In this document: piece by piece, positions 9,921 to 18,682 of the stretch
How the letters are laid out: every line of letters starts with the position of its first letter
Position numbering within the stretch: position 1 is the first letter of the stretch
NCBI GenBank assembly: GCA_963663275.1
Contig: OY760183.1
Span: 544,001-608,000, forward strand
Length of the DNA: 64,000 nucleotides
Source of the DNA: Chloroflexota bacterium
GTDB lineage: Bacteria > Chloroflexota > UBA11872 > VXOZ01
Reading direction: 5' to 3'
Position numbers and translations under genes: made by a program
Notes under the pieces: generated by a model
Told to the model about the DNA's origin: nothing
Databases searched by the model: none
Seen by the model: the letters and a program-made list of their open reading frames with translations, nothing else

Positions 9921-12131
9921 CTACTCCCCCGTGGATTCTACCTGCTCGAAGACTGCCGCAAGTTCCGCCGGGGACGCGGCGCGCGCCGCCTCGCCCGTGC
10001 CGTCGTAGACCCTGGCCGCGGGCGTGTCCGTCGCCGCGATGCCGAGCGCATCCAGCAGGTCCGGGTCGCGGGCCGGATCGAGCCATTGCACGATTTGCGC
10101 CGGCGTATGAACGCGCAGCGCCTGCCGGAACAGCGCCTGGGCCGCCGGCGCGGCGCGGTCGCCAATCACCACGATGCGCGTGGGCGGCCGCAAGAGCCGC
10201 TCGACCGCCTGGCCGTAGAGCGCGCCAAAGTGCCCAAAATACTGGAACGACTCCGCGTAGTTTGCCAGCGCGGTCTGCGCAACCGCGCGGTAACGCCCGT
10301 AGTTGGTGAGACGCCACAAGCGGATGAAGAGTTCGGCCGCCGCCGCCGTATCCGCCATCACCTCCTGGCGGTGCGCCAGCAAGCCCAGCGGGGGCTCGGA
10401 CTCTGCTTCATCCACAGCCGCGTGGACAGGCGCGCTATCCCAGAAGCCGCCGGCGGCCGGATCGTAATGCGCCCGCAGCACGTGTCCGGCAACGGCCCGC
10501 GCCCGGTCCAGGTACGCGCGCACGCCGGTGGTCTCGTAGGCGTGGGCAAAGGCGCGGGCGGCGGCAATCTGGTCCGGCAGCCAGCCCCAGCCGTTAGCAG
10601 ACCCCGTCGTAGACGCCGACCCTGTCGTAGACACCGACCCTGCCACAGCCGCCGTCCCCGTCGCGCACGCAGGCTCCGTCGTAGACGCAGGCTCCGTCGT
10701 AGACGCGGACGCCGACTCCGCCGCAGGCGCAGTTTTCGTCACAGACTCCGCTTGTCCCGCGGTCGCGGGCGCGTTTCCCCGCCAATTGCGGGCGACGCCG
10801 CGCTTGGCGTCCCACATCGCGTCCCACAGGTGGCGCAGGATCGCCTCCGCGCGGTCGCGGTACGCCGCCTGCCCGGTCGTGCGGTAGGCGTCCAGGAAGG
10901 CCCGCGCCGCCATGGCGTTCTCCCTGGCGTGGACTATCGGGTCAACGCAGGTCTCGCCAAACGTCCGCCGTTCGGCTGCGGACAGGCCGTAGTACGCATC
11001 CGGCGCATAGAACCCGCCGTAGAACGCGCCGCCGGTTCCCGGCGCCGGCAGCCGCGCGCACAGATAGCGCAGCACGCGCGCGCCGACCTCCGTGAACGCC
11101 TCCTCGCGAAAGACGTGCGCCGCCTCCATGTAGAGCGAGGCCAGCGCGGCGTTCTCCTCCAGCGTGACCTCGCGCTCCGGCTCCTCCCACTGGGCGTCGT
11201 TGGCAAAGCGGAAGAAAGCGCCGATCTTGTTATGCCCGATGCCTGCCTCACCGTCACCGGCCGCGCCGCCGCCAACTCCCTCGCCGCGCACACCGTCTTC
11301 GTCACCGGCGACGTATTCGCCGCGGTCGCCGTCTTCACCAAATGCGCCGCTTTCATCACCGGCGGCGACTTCGTCGCAGACGACATCTTCGTCGCAGACG
11401 ACGTCCTCCCGCTCGAAGAGGTTGCTCAACGCCATGATGTCCAGCGAGTGCTTGACCAGCGCGGCCAGATCGTAGTCCAGCGTATGCTGGCACCATTCCA
11501 GCGCGAAGCCCAGCGCCTCCGTGTGGGTAAACTTAGGCGCGGCCGCGCCGGCGCCGTCGCCCAGGCCGCCGTTCACCCGGTCGAACGCCGCCGTGATGAA
11601 AGAAATCGTCGCCGCCGGAATCGCGGGCGCCAGAATCCCGTCCGCGGCCTTCTCCGCCGCCTCCGCCGCGCGCCGCTTCTCCTCCAGCGCGCCCAGTTTC
11701 GCGCGGATGGTCTCGCGGTTCCGGCGGTATTCACCCGCCAGTTCCACCAGAAAGTCGCGCATCTCCTGCACCGGCACGTAAGTCGCGCCCGCCATCAGTT
11801 CGCCTTCCGGCGTCAGGAAGGCCGTGGTGGGCAGGCCGCCGCGATTGTAGCGCCGGTCTATGTCGGGCCGCTCGGCGGCGTCCACCCGCAGCGCCACGTA
11901 CTCCGTCTTGATGAGGTATTGCACCGTATCATCCGAATAAGCGCGCTCGTCCATCAGGTGCGACCACCGGCTCCAGGCCGCGCCAATGCAGAGCAGGATC
12001 GGCCGGTTGCGCGCCCGCGCCTCGGCGAACGCCGCCGCCGACCACGCCCGCCACGGAATGCGCCGCGCGCTGTGCCGCCCCGGCGAAAAGCGGAAAGTCT
12101 CATGTTGCGCTGTCTGGGGAACCGTATCCAT
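9921..12131 (-). CDS. YyaL/SSP411 (DUF255 thioredoxin + alpha/alpha barrel) family protein, degenerate
   Basis: IPWRAWSAAAFAEARARNRPILLCIG, ERPDIDRRY, GGLPTTAFLTPEG; two low-complexity insertions. Confidence 0.85.
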   Translation of the reverse strand: MDTVPQTAQHETFRFSPGRHSARRIPWRAWSAAAFAEARARNRPILLCIGAAWSRWSHLMDERAYSDDTVQYLIKTEYVALRVDAAERPDIDRRYNRGGLPTTAFLTPEGELMAGATYVPVQEMRDFLVELAGEYRRNRETIRAKLGALEEKRRAAEAAEKAADGILAPAIPAATISFITAAFDRVNGGLGDGAGAAAPKFTHTEALGFALEWCQHTLDYDLAALVKHSLDIMALSNLFEREDVVCDEDVVCDEVAAGDESGAFGEDGDRGEYVAGDEDGVRGEGVGGGAAGDGEAGIGHNKIGAFFRFANDAQWEEPEREVTLEENAALASLYMEAAHVFREEAFTEVGARVLRYLCARLPAPGTGGAFYGGFYAPDAYYGLSAAERRTFGETCVDPIVHARENAMAARAFLDAYRTTGQAAYRDRAEAILRHLWDAMWDAKRGVARNWRGNAPATAGQAESVTKTAPAAESASASTTEPASTTEPACATGTAAVAGSVSTTGSASTTGSANGWGWLPDQIAAARAFAHAYETTGVRAYLDRARAVAGHVLRAHYDPAAGGFWDSAPVHAAVDEAESEPPLGLLAHRQEVMADTAAAAELFIRLWRLTNYGRYRAVAQTALANYAESFQYFGHFGALYGQAVERLLRPPTRIVVIGDRAAPAAQALFRQALRVHTPAQIVQWLDPARDPDLLDALGIAATDTPAARVYDGTGEAARAASPAELAAVFEQVESTGE

Positions 12132-12320
12132 CGCTCGCTCACACGGTGTGCGCCTCTATCCACGCTCCCATTATACCGAGAGAGCGTAGACTCCCGTTCG
12201 GCCCGATCGCGCCGCGCCGGGACGGGCGCCCGCCCCGTTGCCGGAGCCGCCGTATCGACGTGCCACGGCGGCTCCGCAAGGCCCTGCGCGCCCGCTCCCG
12301 CCGCCGGCAGGCCGTTGCAG

Positions 12321-12350
12321 TTGACAAAGCTAACGCAGTGGTCTAAGAAT
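12321..12350 (+). promoter_or_regulatory. Putative sigma70 promoter
   Basis: TTGACA followed 17-18 bp later by TAAGAAT, upstream of the SBP gene. Confidence 0.55.
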
Positions 12351-12539
12351 AGGGTAGCGTAGCAGCCTGACCGTGGTGCGGCGAGTGGATTCAGATTCGG
12401 TTGCAAATCCGCCGCTTGCAGAGGAGGTGCGAAACACGGGGGATACGGGCCTACCCAAGCCAAGCCGCGTTTCTGAAATCAGTACAGGAAACGCGCAGTG
12501 TGCGTAACCGTAATGGCATTGCGAAGGAGAAAGCTACCA

Positions 12540-13928
12540 ATGCGATCCCGTTTTACAAGACGAACGATCCTCGGCGGCATGGGCGTCGGGATTGGCGCCG
12601 CGTTTGCGGCGGCCTGCGGCGCGGGCGCGGGCATGGCCCCGGCCGGCGACACCCCGGCGGAATCCGACGGCGACGGCGAAGCCGCGGAGCCCAGCATGGA
12701 AAAGCAGAAGGTGCTCTACTGGTCCCACTCCACCCAGCCCTTCCATGAAGACATCGGCGCCGAGATGGTCACCGAGTTCAACGAGTCGCAGGACCAGGTC
12801 GAAGTCTTTGCCGTCGGCACCGCCTACGGCGATACCAAGAACAAGCTCCCCACCGTGGTCGCGGCGGGCAGCGCGCCTGACATCTCATTCCTCGACCGCT
12901 ACATCACCAAGAGCCATGCCGCCGTGGGCGCTACCATGGACATTACGCCCATGGTCAAGGCCTCCAGCGTGATGCAGCCGGACGACGTCTGGGACCGCAT
13001 CCTGAACGACGTGACCTACAAAGGCCGCCACTTTGGCTGGCCGTGGGGCCCGGACACCCGCACGCTCTTCCTGAACCACGACGTGCTGATCGAGGTCGGC
13101 ATCGATCCGGAAGAACCGATCGGGAACTGGGAAGACTTTCACAACGCGGCGAGCAAGATTCACACGCTGGAAGGCGAGAACATCACCCGCCTGGGCTTCG
13201 TGCCCAACTGGGGCAGCGCCGGTATCATTGCCGGCTGGATGATCCCCTACTGGCAGCAAGGCATGACGCTCACCAGCGCCGACGAGACCAAGGCCACCAT
13301 GGACAACGCCGAGATGGTAGCGGCGTTGGAGCACAGCACCCGCTTCTACGACGCGCAGGGCGGCTGGGACGCGGTGCAGGCCTTCCGCGGCGATCTGTCG
13401 CCCGCGCTCGTGTTTACCGGCGGCGGCGTCGGCATGTTCTTCGATACCTACAGCACGCCTCGCAACACGGCGTTTGCCGAAGAATACGCCAAGATCGACT
13501 ACAGCGTCGTCTTCGAGCCGTATCCTGACGACGGCCAGCCCGCAACCTACGGCGGCGGCTGGTCCAACGTCATTCCCACCGGCGCCAAGTCGGCTGAGGG
13601 CGCGTTCAAGTTCCTGGAGTTCCTCTTCATGGAGCCGCAGGACCGCCGCTGGGCCGATCGCTGGAACCGCATTCCGGTGCGCAAGACCGTCGGCCGCAGC
13701 GAAGAGTTCATCCAGGGCGACCCCGACCGCGCACACGCCATCGACGAGATGCCCGGCGCGCACTGGGTGGTCACCGCCGCCGGCGGCCCCGACATCCTCG
13801 GCGCTCACATCCAGCTCAGCCGGGACGCCTGGCAGCACCTGAAGACCATCCCCGAAGCCATCAAAGAGGCCGAAGCCAAGACCCAGCAACTGCTGGACGA
13901 GTGGGAAGCCAACTCCGTCGTACAGTAG
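12540..13928 (+). CDS. ABC transporter sugar-binding lipoprotein (Tat-exported)
   Basis: TRRTILGG twin-arginine motif, AAAC lipobox, APDI, YGGGW; GAAGGAG RBS. Confidence 0.88.
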   Translation: MRSRFTRRTILGGMGVGIGAAFAAACGAGAGMAPAGDTPAESDGDGEAAEPSMEKQKVLYWSHSTQPFHEDIGAEMVTEFNESQDQVEVFAVGTAYGDTKNKLPTVVAAGSAPDISFLDRYITKSHAAVGATMDITPMVKASSVMQPDDVWDRILNDVTYKGRHFGWPWGPDTRTLFLNHDVLIEVGIDPEEPIGNWEDFHNAASKIHTLEGENITRLGFVPNWGSAGIIAGWMIPYWQQGMTLTSADETKATMDNAEMVAALEHSTRFYDAQGGWDAVQAFRGDLSPALVFTGGGVGMFFDTYSTPRNTAFAEEYAKIDYSVVFEPYPDDGQPATYGGGWSNVIPTGAKSAEGAFKFLEFLFMEPQDRRWADRWNRIPVRKTVGRSEEFIQGDPDRAHAIDEMPGAHWVVTAAGGPDILGAHIQLSRDAWQHLKTIPEAIKEAEAKTQQLLDEWEANSVVQ

Positions 13929-14027
13929 AACTGGATCTCAAACAGACGCTATCGGGTCTGGAGAACAACAGGTCTGGAACGACATCGTTCCAGACCTGTT
14001 GGATTTTTTCTAAGGAACGCGACCGGC

Positions 14028-14303
14028 ATGAAAACTCAAAACCCACGTGTATTCTCCGATCTGCCGATTCCTCCCGGCGAAGTGCTGGCGGAGGAGATCG
14101 CAGCCCGCGGCATGACCCGGAAGGAACTCGCCGCAAGGCTCGGCAAACCGGCACAGGCGGTAATCGAGATCATCGAGGGTAAGCAAGCAATTACACCGGA
14201 CACCGCAGTCAGCCTAGAGAGAGCGCTTGGCATAAGCGCGCACTTTTGGAGCACCCTCGAAGCCGACTATCACATGGCGCTGAGCCGGAACCAAGAGTGG
14301 TAA
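14028..14303 (+). CDS. higA: HigA-family HTH antitoxin (solo)
   Basis: PGEVLAEE..MTRKELAARLG..ITPDTAVSLERALG.SAHFW. Confidence 0.85.
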   Translation: MKTQNPRVFSDLPIPPGEVLAEEIAARGMTRKELAARLGKPAQAVIEIIEGKQAITPDTAVSLERALGISAHFWSTLEADYHMALSRNQEW

Positions 14304-14390
14304 ACAATCGCGGCTAACGACGCACAAGAAGCGCTATGTGTGGGTAACGAACACCGCTACCTGACGCAAAGAATACGCTTCAGTGCTTAT

Positions 14391-14906
14391 CTATTCACGT
14401 TCACCCGGCCGCAATCCCATTGGCAACCCGCCGCGAGCCTGCGGCCAGTAGGGTTCAGCAAGCGCAACGTTTTCGATTGAGCCTGGCCCCAGAGCCGCCG
14501 CCAGCGCCTTGTCCCAATAGAGAAACACGTCGCACTCCCACCAGATTGCCGTCGCCAGGTGAATTGCGTCCAGCGGCGTGATACCGTACGTTGCGCCTAG
14601 GGTTTGCGCCTTTTCGCCAATCTCGCGGTTGACCTCGATGAGTTGTATATACTCGTGGGCAAAGAGATTGCGTACCGCCTCGAGTTCGTTCTCGTCCAGT
14701 TCTTCACTCTTCACCTTGATCCGCCGCACCTCGGCAAGTGTGACCGTGGACGTGAACACCTTGTATATTCCCGCTTCCGCGTCTTTGAGAATGCCGTAGG
14801 CCGCTTCCCACCGCTGTAGCCCGCCGCCGCAATCGATTTCTTCCTTCTTGATGTGCGCAAAGAAGACTGATGAGTCCAGGTATGGCCTGCGAAACGACTC
14901 AGCCAT
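14391..14906 (-). CDS. PIN-domain (VapC-like) protein
   Basis: YLDSSVF, TSTVTLAEV, DAIHLATA, YWDK acidic motifs; ATG overlaps the end of the upstream ORF. Confidence 0.85.
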   Translation of the reverse strand: MAESFRRPYLDSSVFFAHIKKEEIDCGGGLQRWEAAYGILKDAEAGIYKVFTSTVTLAEVRRIKVKSEELDENELEAVRNLFAHEYIQLIEVNREIGEKAQTLGATYGITPLDAIHLATAIWWECDVFLYWDKALAAALGPGSIENVALAEPYWPQARGGLPMGLRPGERE

Positions 14907-15699
14907 CTCGCAGGCTCCGAATATACCCTTCCGTGCTGCGGCCGCCCGTAAAGTCGGGCGCAATGCCCAGAGTCGCTTCAAGAGGCGGCAATTCGGCTTC
15001 GTCCGCCAGAGTGCGGTAGCGTTCTACGTCTACGCTCAGCGCCTCTCCACGCGCGGTGTAGGAAATCTCACCGGAAACACGTACCCGACGCCTGTGTTTC
15101 AGGTCTTCGATCACTCTCTCCTCTAATTCCGGCGGCAGCGCGCACGTGATTGCCCGGTTGGTAACCGCATGATATACGTTGAAACGGCGGCTTCCTTCAT
15201 GGAGGGAAACCATTTCAACTCTGCCCTCCACAGAGCCAATCGTCTTGTGATGCACGCCGGTAAGACTTTGGAGAGTCGCATTGGATTTCCGGGATAGCGT
15301 CGCCTCTCTATTCTGGTCGGGCATGCTCACGCTGAGAGCATCCACGCCGTTCCGCCCAAACGCGCGCGCCATCGCCTGCAGATCCTGCAGCGCGTCCAGG
15401 TCGTAGCACGGTGGGGTTGCGCCCTGGGTTTCGATGCAACGTATCCCTTCAACGTATAGTTCCCCAACCTGAACGCCATAATCCTCCTCACCCCGCATCA
15501 CCCGATTGCGCAACTCGATTGTCCTGCTGGCGCCTTCCTTGATCCCGGCTACCACCCACTGCATCGTGCCGGTCTGTTCGCCGGACACCGCGCAATCAAG
15601 ACGGCACAAAATCGAATGAGACCTTTCCAGCATCAGGACAAGCGAATCGAGGGCAATGTTGCCAAGCTCACCCTCTACCGTGAGATGCAGTCTTGCCAC
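14899..15699 (-). CDS. Hypothetical 266-aa protein coupled to the PIN gene
   Basis: ORF with GGAGGAG RBS; overlaps the PIN start by 8 bp; no family recognised. Confidence 0.75.
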   Translation of the reverse strand: MARLHLTVEGELGNIALDSLVLMLERSHSILCRLDCAVSGEQTGTMQWVVAGIKEGASRTIELRNRVMRGEEDYGVQVGELYVEGIRCIETQGATPPCYDLDALQDLQAMARAFGRNGVDALSVSMPDQNREATLSRKSNATLQSLTGVHHKTIGSVEGRVEMVSLHEGSRRFNVYHAVTNRAITCALPPELEERVIEDLKHRRRVRVSGEISYTARGEALSVDVERYRTLADEAELPPLEATLGIAPDFTGGRSTEGYIRSLRDG

Positions 15700-15905
15700 G
15701 TCGCTCCTCCCAGGAGGCTCAGGTCCGCCTTAAGTCAGTATTCGCCTAGAGAGTACCCTACGCCTGCCCACACTTCCATTGTTCTATTATCTCACGCTTT
15801 GCAACTTGAAAGCCGCTATAGCAACCGCAAGAGTGAACGTTCGCCCAAGCGCCGTGTCCGCCTCGCTTCATTGCAGGTTTGGGGAGCAATCGAGACGCTA
15901 CGATT

Positions 15906-16141
15906 TCACGGCTTGGCTCCTGCAAGCAATCTTGTCACCAGTTCCTCGACCTCCTAGGCAATGCCGTCGTCGTGGAGCGCGGTGCGGATGTGCTTGCGGA
16001 CGGTGACGAAGTACGTAGCTTCTTTGAGGGGGACGGATGCAGCGACACTAGGTCATAGACAAGCGACCGCACCTTCTCGTGCCCGGGGCGGCTGAGAAGT
16101 TCGACGGCGATCTCTTGCTGGCGATCACTATCTAATGGCAT
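15906..16141 (-). pseudogene. Internally deleted remnant of a large R-M (N6-methyltransferase-type) gene
   Basis: N-terminal ..RPGHEKVRSLVYDL joined out of frame to a C-terminal-like VAASVPLKEATYFVTVRKHIRTALHDDGIA*EVEELVTRLL with an internal TAG; family recalled from memory. Confidence 0.55.
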
Positions 16142-16147
16142 TTGAGG

Positions 16148-17131
16148 CTACGGCAGGGTCTCGTACTCCGCTTGTTCGTCCACCGGATAGGGCGGCCGTT
16201 CGCCTTTGACCACGGCGGCGATGCATTCGAAGGCCATGACGACCATGGCGTGGACGGATTCCTGGGTGACGCCGGCCACGTGGGGGAAGGGCAGGATTTT
16301 GGGATGCGTTAAGAAGGGATGGTCTATTGGCGGGGGTTCCACGGAGAAGACGTCGGAGGCCGCGCCGGCCAGGTGTCCCGCGTCGATGGCCGCCACCAGC
16401 GCCTCCTCATCCACCAGGCTGCCGCGGGCCGTATTGACGATGTAGGCGCTGGGTTTCATGCGTTCCAGCAGCGGCGCGTTCACGAACTTGACCGTCTCCG
16501 GCGTGCTGGGCAGGTGGACCGAGATGAAGTCCGACTCCGCAAAGAGCGCTTCCGGCTCGGCGAACGTGACCCCAAGATCAGCCGCCGCCGCGTCGTCCCA
16601 CATCACGTCGTAGGCCAGCACGCGCATGTTGAAGCCCTGCGCCCGCCGCGCCACCGACTTGCCGATGCGGCCCAGCCCCAGGATGCCCAGGGTCTTATTG
16701 CACACGTCCACGCCCTGCACGCGGTGGAACCCGCCGTCGCGGGCAATGGCCGCGTGCTCCACCAGTTGGCGCGCCACCGCCAGGATCATGGCAAAGGCAT
16801 AGTCGGCAACCGTGTCGTTATTCGCGCCGGGGGTGATGGTAATCCAGACGCCGTGCCGGGTGGCGGCGTCCACGTCGATCTGGTCGTAGCCCACGCCCAC
16901 GCGGGCCACGATCTTCAGTTGGGGATGGGCGGCGAAGACCCGCTCGGTGAAGTTGTCCGAACCGGCGACGAACGCCGTGATGCCGTCGAGATTGTCGATG
17001 AGCTCTTGTTCTGTAAGCGGACGATACACGTCCAGCGGGTCGGCCAACTCGATGCCGGCATTGCGCAGGAGGTCCCAATGCGGGCCGGGGAGATCCAGAA
17101 TAGAACGTGCACCAATGAATGCCCTTGCCAC
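16148..17131 (-). CDS. D-isomer 2-hydroxyacid (phosphoglycerate-type) dehydrogenase
   Basis: RVGVGYD, GLGRIG, NTARG, DVF..EP, PHVAG motifs. Confidence 0.92.
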   Translation of the reverse strand: MARAFIGARSILDLPGPHWDLLRNAGIELADPLDVYRPLTEQELIDNLDGITAFVAGSDNFTERVFAAHPQLKIVARVGVGYDQIDVDAATRHGVWITITPGANNDTVADYAFAMILAVARQLVEHAAIARDGGFHRVQGVDVCNKTLGILGLGRIGKSVARRAQGFNMRVLAYDVMWDDAAAADLGVTFAEPEALFAESDFISVHLPSTPETVKFVNAPLLERMKPSAYIVNTARGSLVDEEALVAAIDAGHLAGAASDVFSVEPPPIDHPFLTHPKILPFPHVAGVTQESVHAMVVMAFECIAAVVKGERPPYPVDEQAEYETLP

Positions 17132-17249
17132 CGGTCAACTACCTTTCACTTATTAATGGCGTCCTAACGAGCGTCCTCACGCGGGGCTTCTCTATTATCG
17201 GCTATGGCGCGGCATCATGCCTACCCGCGCCACCCGTCCGATGCGGGGG

Positions 17250-17407
17250 CTGACAGGGGTAGGCATTCTACACATTCGACTTCTATTGTCATTCCGAGCG
17301 GAGCGCAGCGGAGAGAGGAATCTAGAACCGACGTTTTTGCAGCGAAAGCCTTAGATTCCTCTCTCCGCTGCGCTCCGCTCGGAATGACACTTGCCTACCC
17401 CTGTCAG
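17250..17407. mobile_element. MITE family A, copy 1
   Basis: Ends CTGACAGGGGTAGGCA/TGCCTACCCCTGTCAG; palindromic GTCATTCCGAGCG core; degenerate direct repeat CGATG(C)GGGGG. Confidence 0.8.
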
Positions 17408-17464
17408 CGATGGGGGGACAAGCCCCCGCCCGAATAAGAAAAATGAGAACGGAATCGATTGACC

Positions 17465-17650
17465 CTACGGAAGACGCAGGTTACGCGCACCTCCCGTGCG
17501 AACCTGCGCTACCGGAGAAACGAGCGTAGTTTTCATTTTCATTGCGTTTAATGCGACAACATTAGGGGGAACGGCCCGCGCTACCGTCACATGCGGGGGA
17601 CAGCCGCCCGCGCTACCCGTCACATGCGGGGGACAAGCCCCCGCGCTACA
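17465..17650. repeat. REP cluster
   Basis: Three GGGGGAC..CCCGCGCTAC variants plus a reverse GTAGCGCAGG-type REP. Confidence 0.75.
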
Positions 17651-17812
17651 GGATTTAACCGCCACCCCTGCGGCGCCGGGCGTGCACGGCAGGTTGACGC
17701 TTTGCAAAGCAACGTAGTACGGTCATATTCGTGCCTGTGCGACGTGCGCGCGCACGCGCCTTACCAAATGATACACGCGCTCCGAGACCGGCGATCCAGG
17801 ATACGTTCAGCG

Positions 17813-18289
17813 ATGAGCACGGCAGATACGGCAGATACCCAGCGCCCGCGCAGGAAGAAGCGGCGGGTGCGCTACGGCGAAGAAGAGATCCAGTCCGTAG
17901 AGATCCGCTACTTTCCCAATCCCGAACCCCAGCGGGACTACTACGTGCAGATTCGCCTGCCGGAGTTGACCTTCAAAGACCCGGTGTCCGGCTACCCGGA
18001 CTTCGCCGTGGCCACCATGGTGTACGTGCCGGACGCACGCATCGTGGACCTGAAGACGTTGAAGCTCTATTTCAACAGCTTCCGCGACAAGTATTTCTCC
18101 CACGAGCGCATCACCAACGAACTCTTCGACGAGTTGCTGGCCGGGTTGGAGCCGCGGGGGGCGCTGCTGATGATGGAGTTCAACCCCCGGGGCAACGTCT
18201 CCACGCGGGTCATCACCACCACGGACGACGCATTTCTGGAGCGCGCGCGGGACGTGCTGGAACTGCCGGCCACCCGGCCCGCCTTCTAG
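17813..18289 (+). CDS. queF: QueF-like T-fold protein lacking the catalytic cysteine
   Basis: PELTFKDPVSGYPDFA, DLKTLKLYFNSFR, SHE, FNPRG match unimodular QueF; the Cys position is Asp. Confidence 0.75.
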   Translation: MSTADTADTQRPRRKKRRVRYGEEEIQSVEIRYFPNPEPQRDYYVQIRLPELTFKDPVSGYPDFAVATMVYVPDARIVDLKTLKLYFNSFRDKYFSHERITNELFDELLAGLEPRGALLMMEFNPRGNVSTRVITTTDDAFLERARDVLELPATRPAF

Positions 18290-18539
18290 GAAGCGCAGCC
18301 ATCCAGCGCGGCCTGCCAGCGCAGCCTTCTGGGGCCAGAGCGCGTTCTCAGGCGCGTTAGCTACATTTTTCTCCTCTGTCAAGACGTTCATACATTCAAG
18401 ACCATACTGTCTCTATCTGTCAAGAGGTGAATAGGCGTGTGTCTTGTCCGTTTATAGAATTGACAGACCGATTAGAGCGGGCATCAATGGATTTTCTGGG
18501 GAATCCTGTCACTTTTTCTGCTGAACAACGGGTTTGTCC

Positions 18540-18568
18540 TTGACAGGTATTAGAGCGTTCCCCATAAT
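18540..18568 (+). promoter_or_regulatory. Sigma70 promoter
   Basis: TTGACA-17 bp-CATAAT; a similar TTGACA..ATTAGAGCG unit starts at 18460. Confidence 0.7.
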
Positions 18569-18682
18569 GTCAGCAGCACCACACCGTGGGTATCGCAAAC
18601 GTGGTGAGCAGTAAGTATCTTTTAGGTAGCGTTCGGTGAAGGGGCGTACCGAACCCGAACGGATCTTTAGGAGGAGGGATCA

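Noticed and set aside
11955-11975. Selenocysteine at the YyaL redox motif
   Set aside because: The codons are AGC and TCG (Ser), not TGA
9801-12362. 853-aa plus-strand ORF
   Set aside because: Arg-rich antisense shadow of the YyaL-like gene, typical of high-GC DNA
13929-14027. higB toxin upstream of higA
   Set aside because: Only about 100 bp available and no RelE/HigB-like frame
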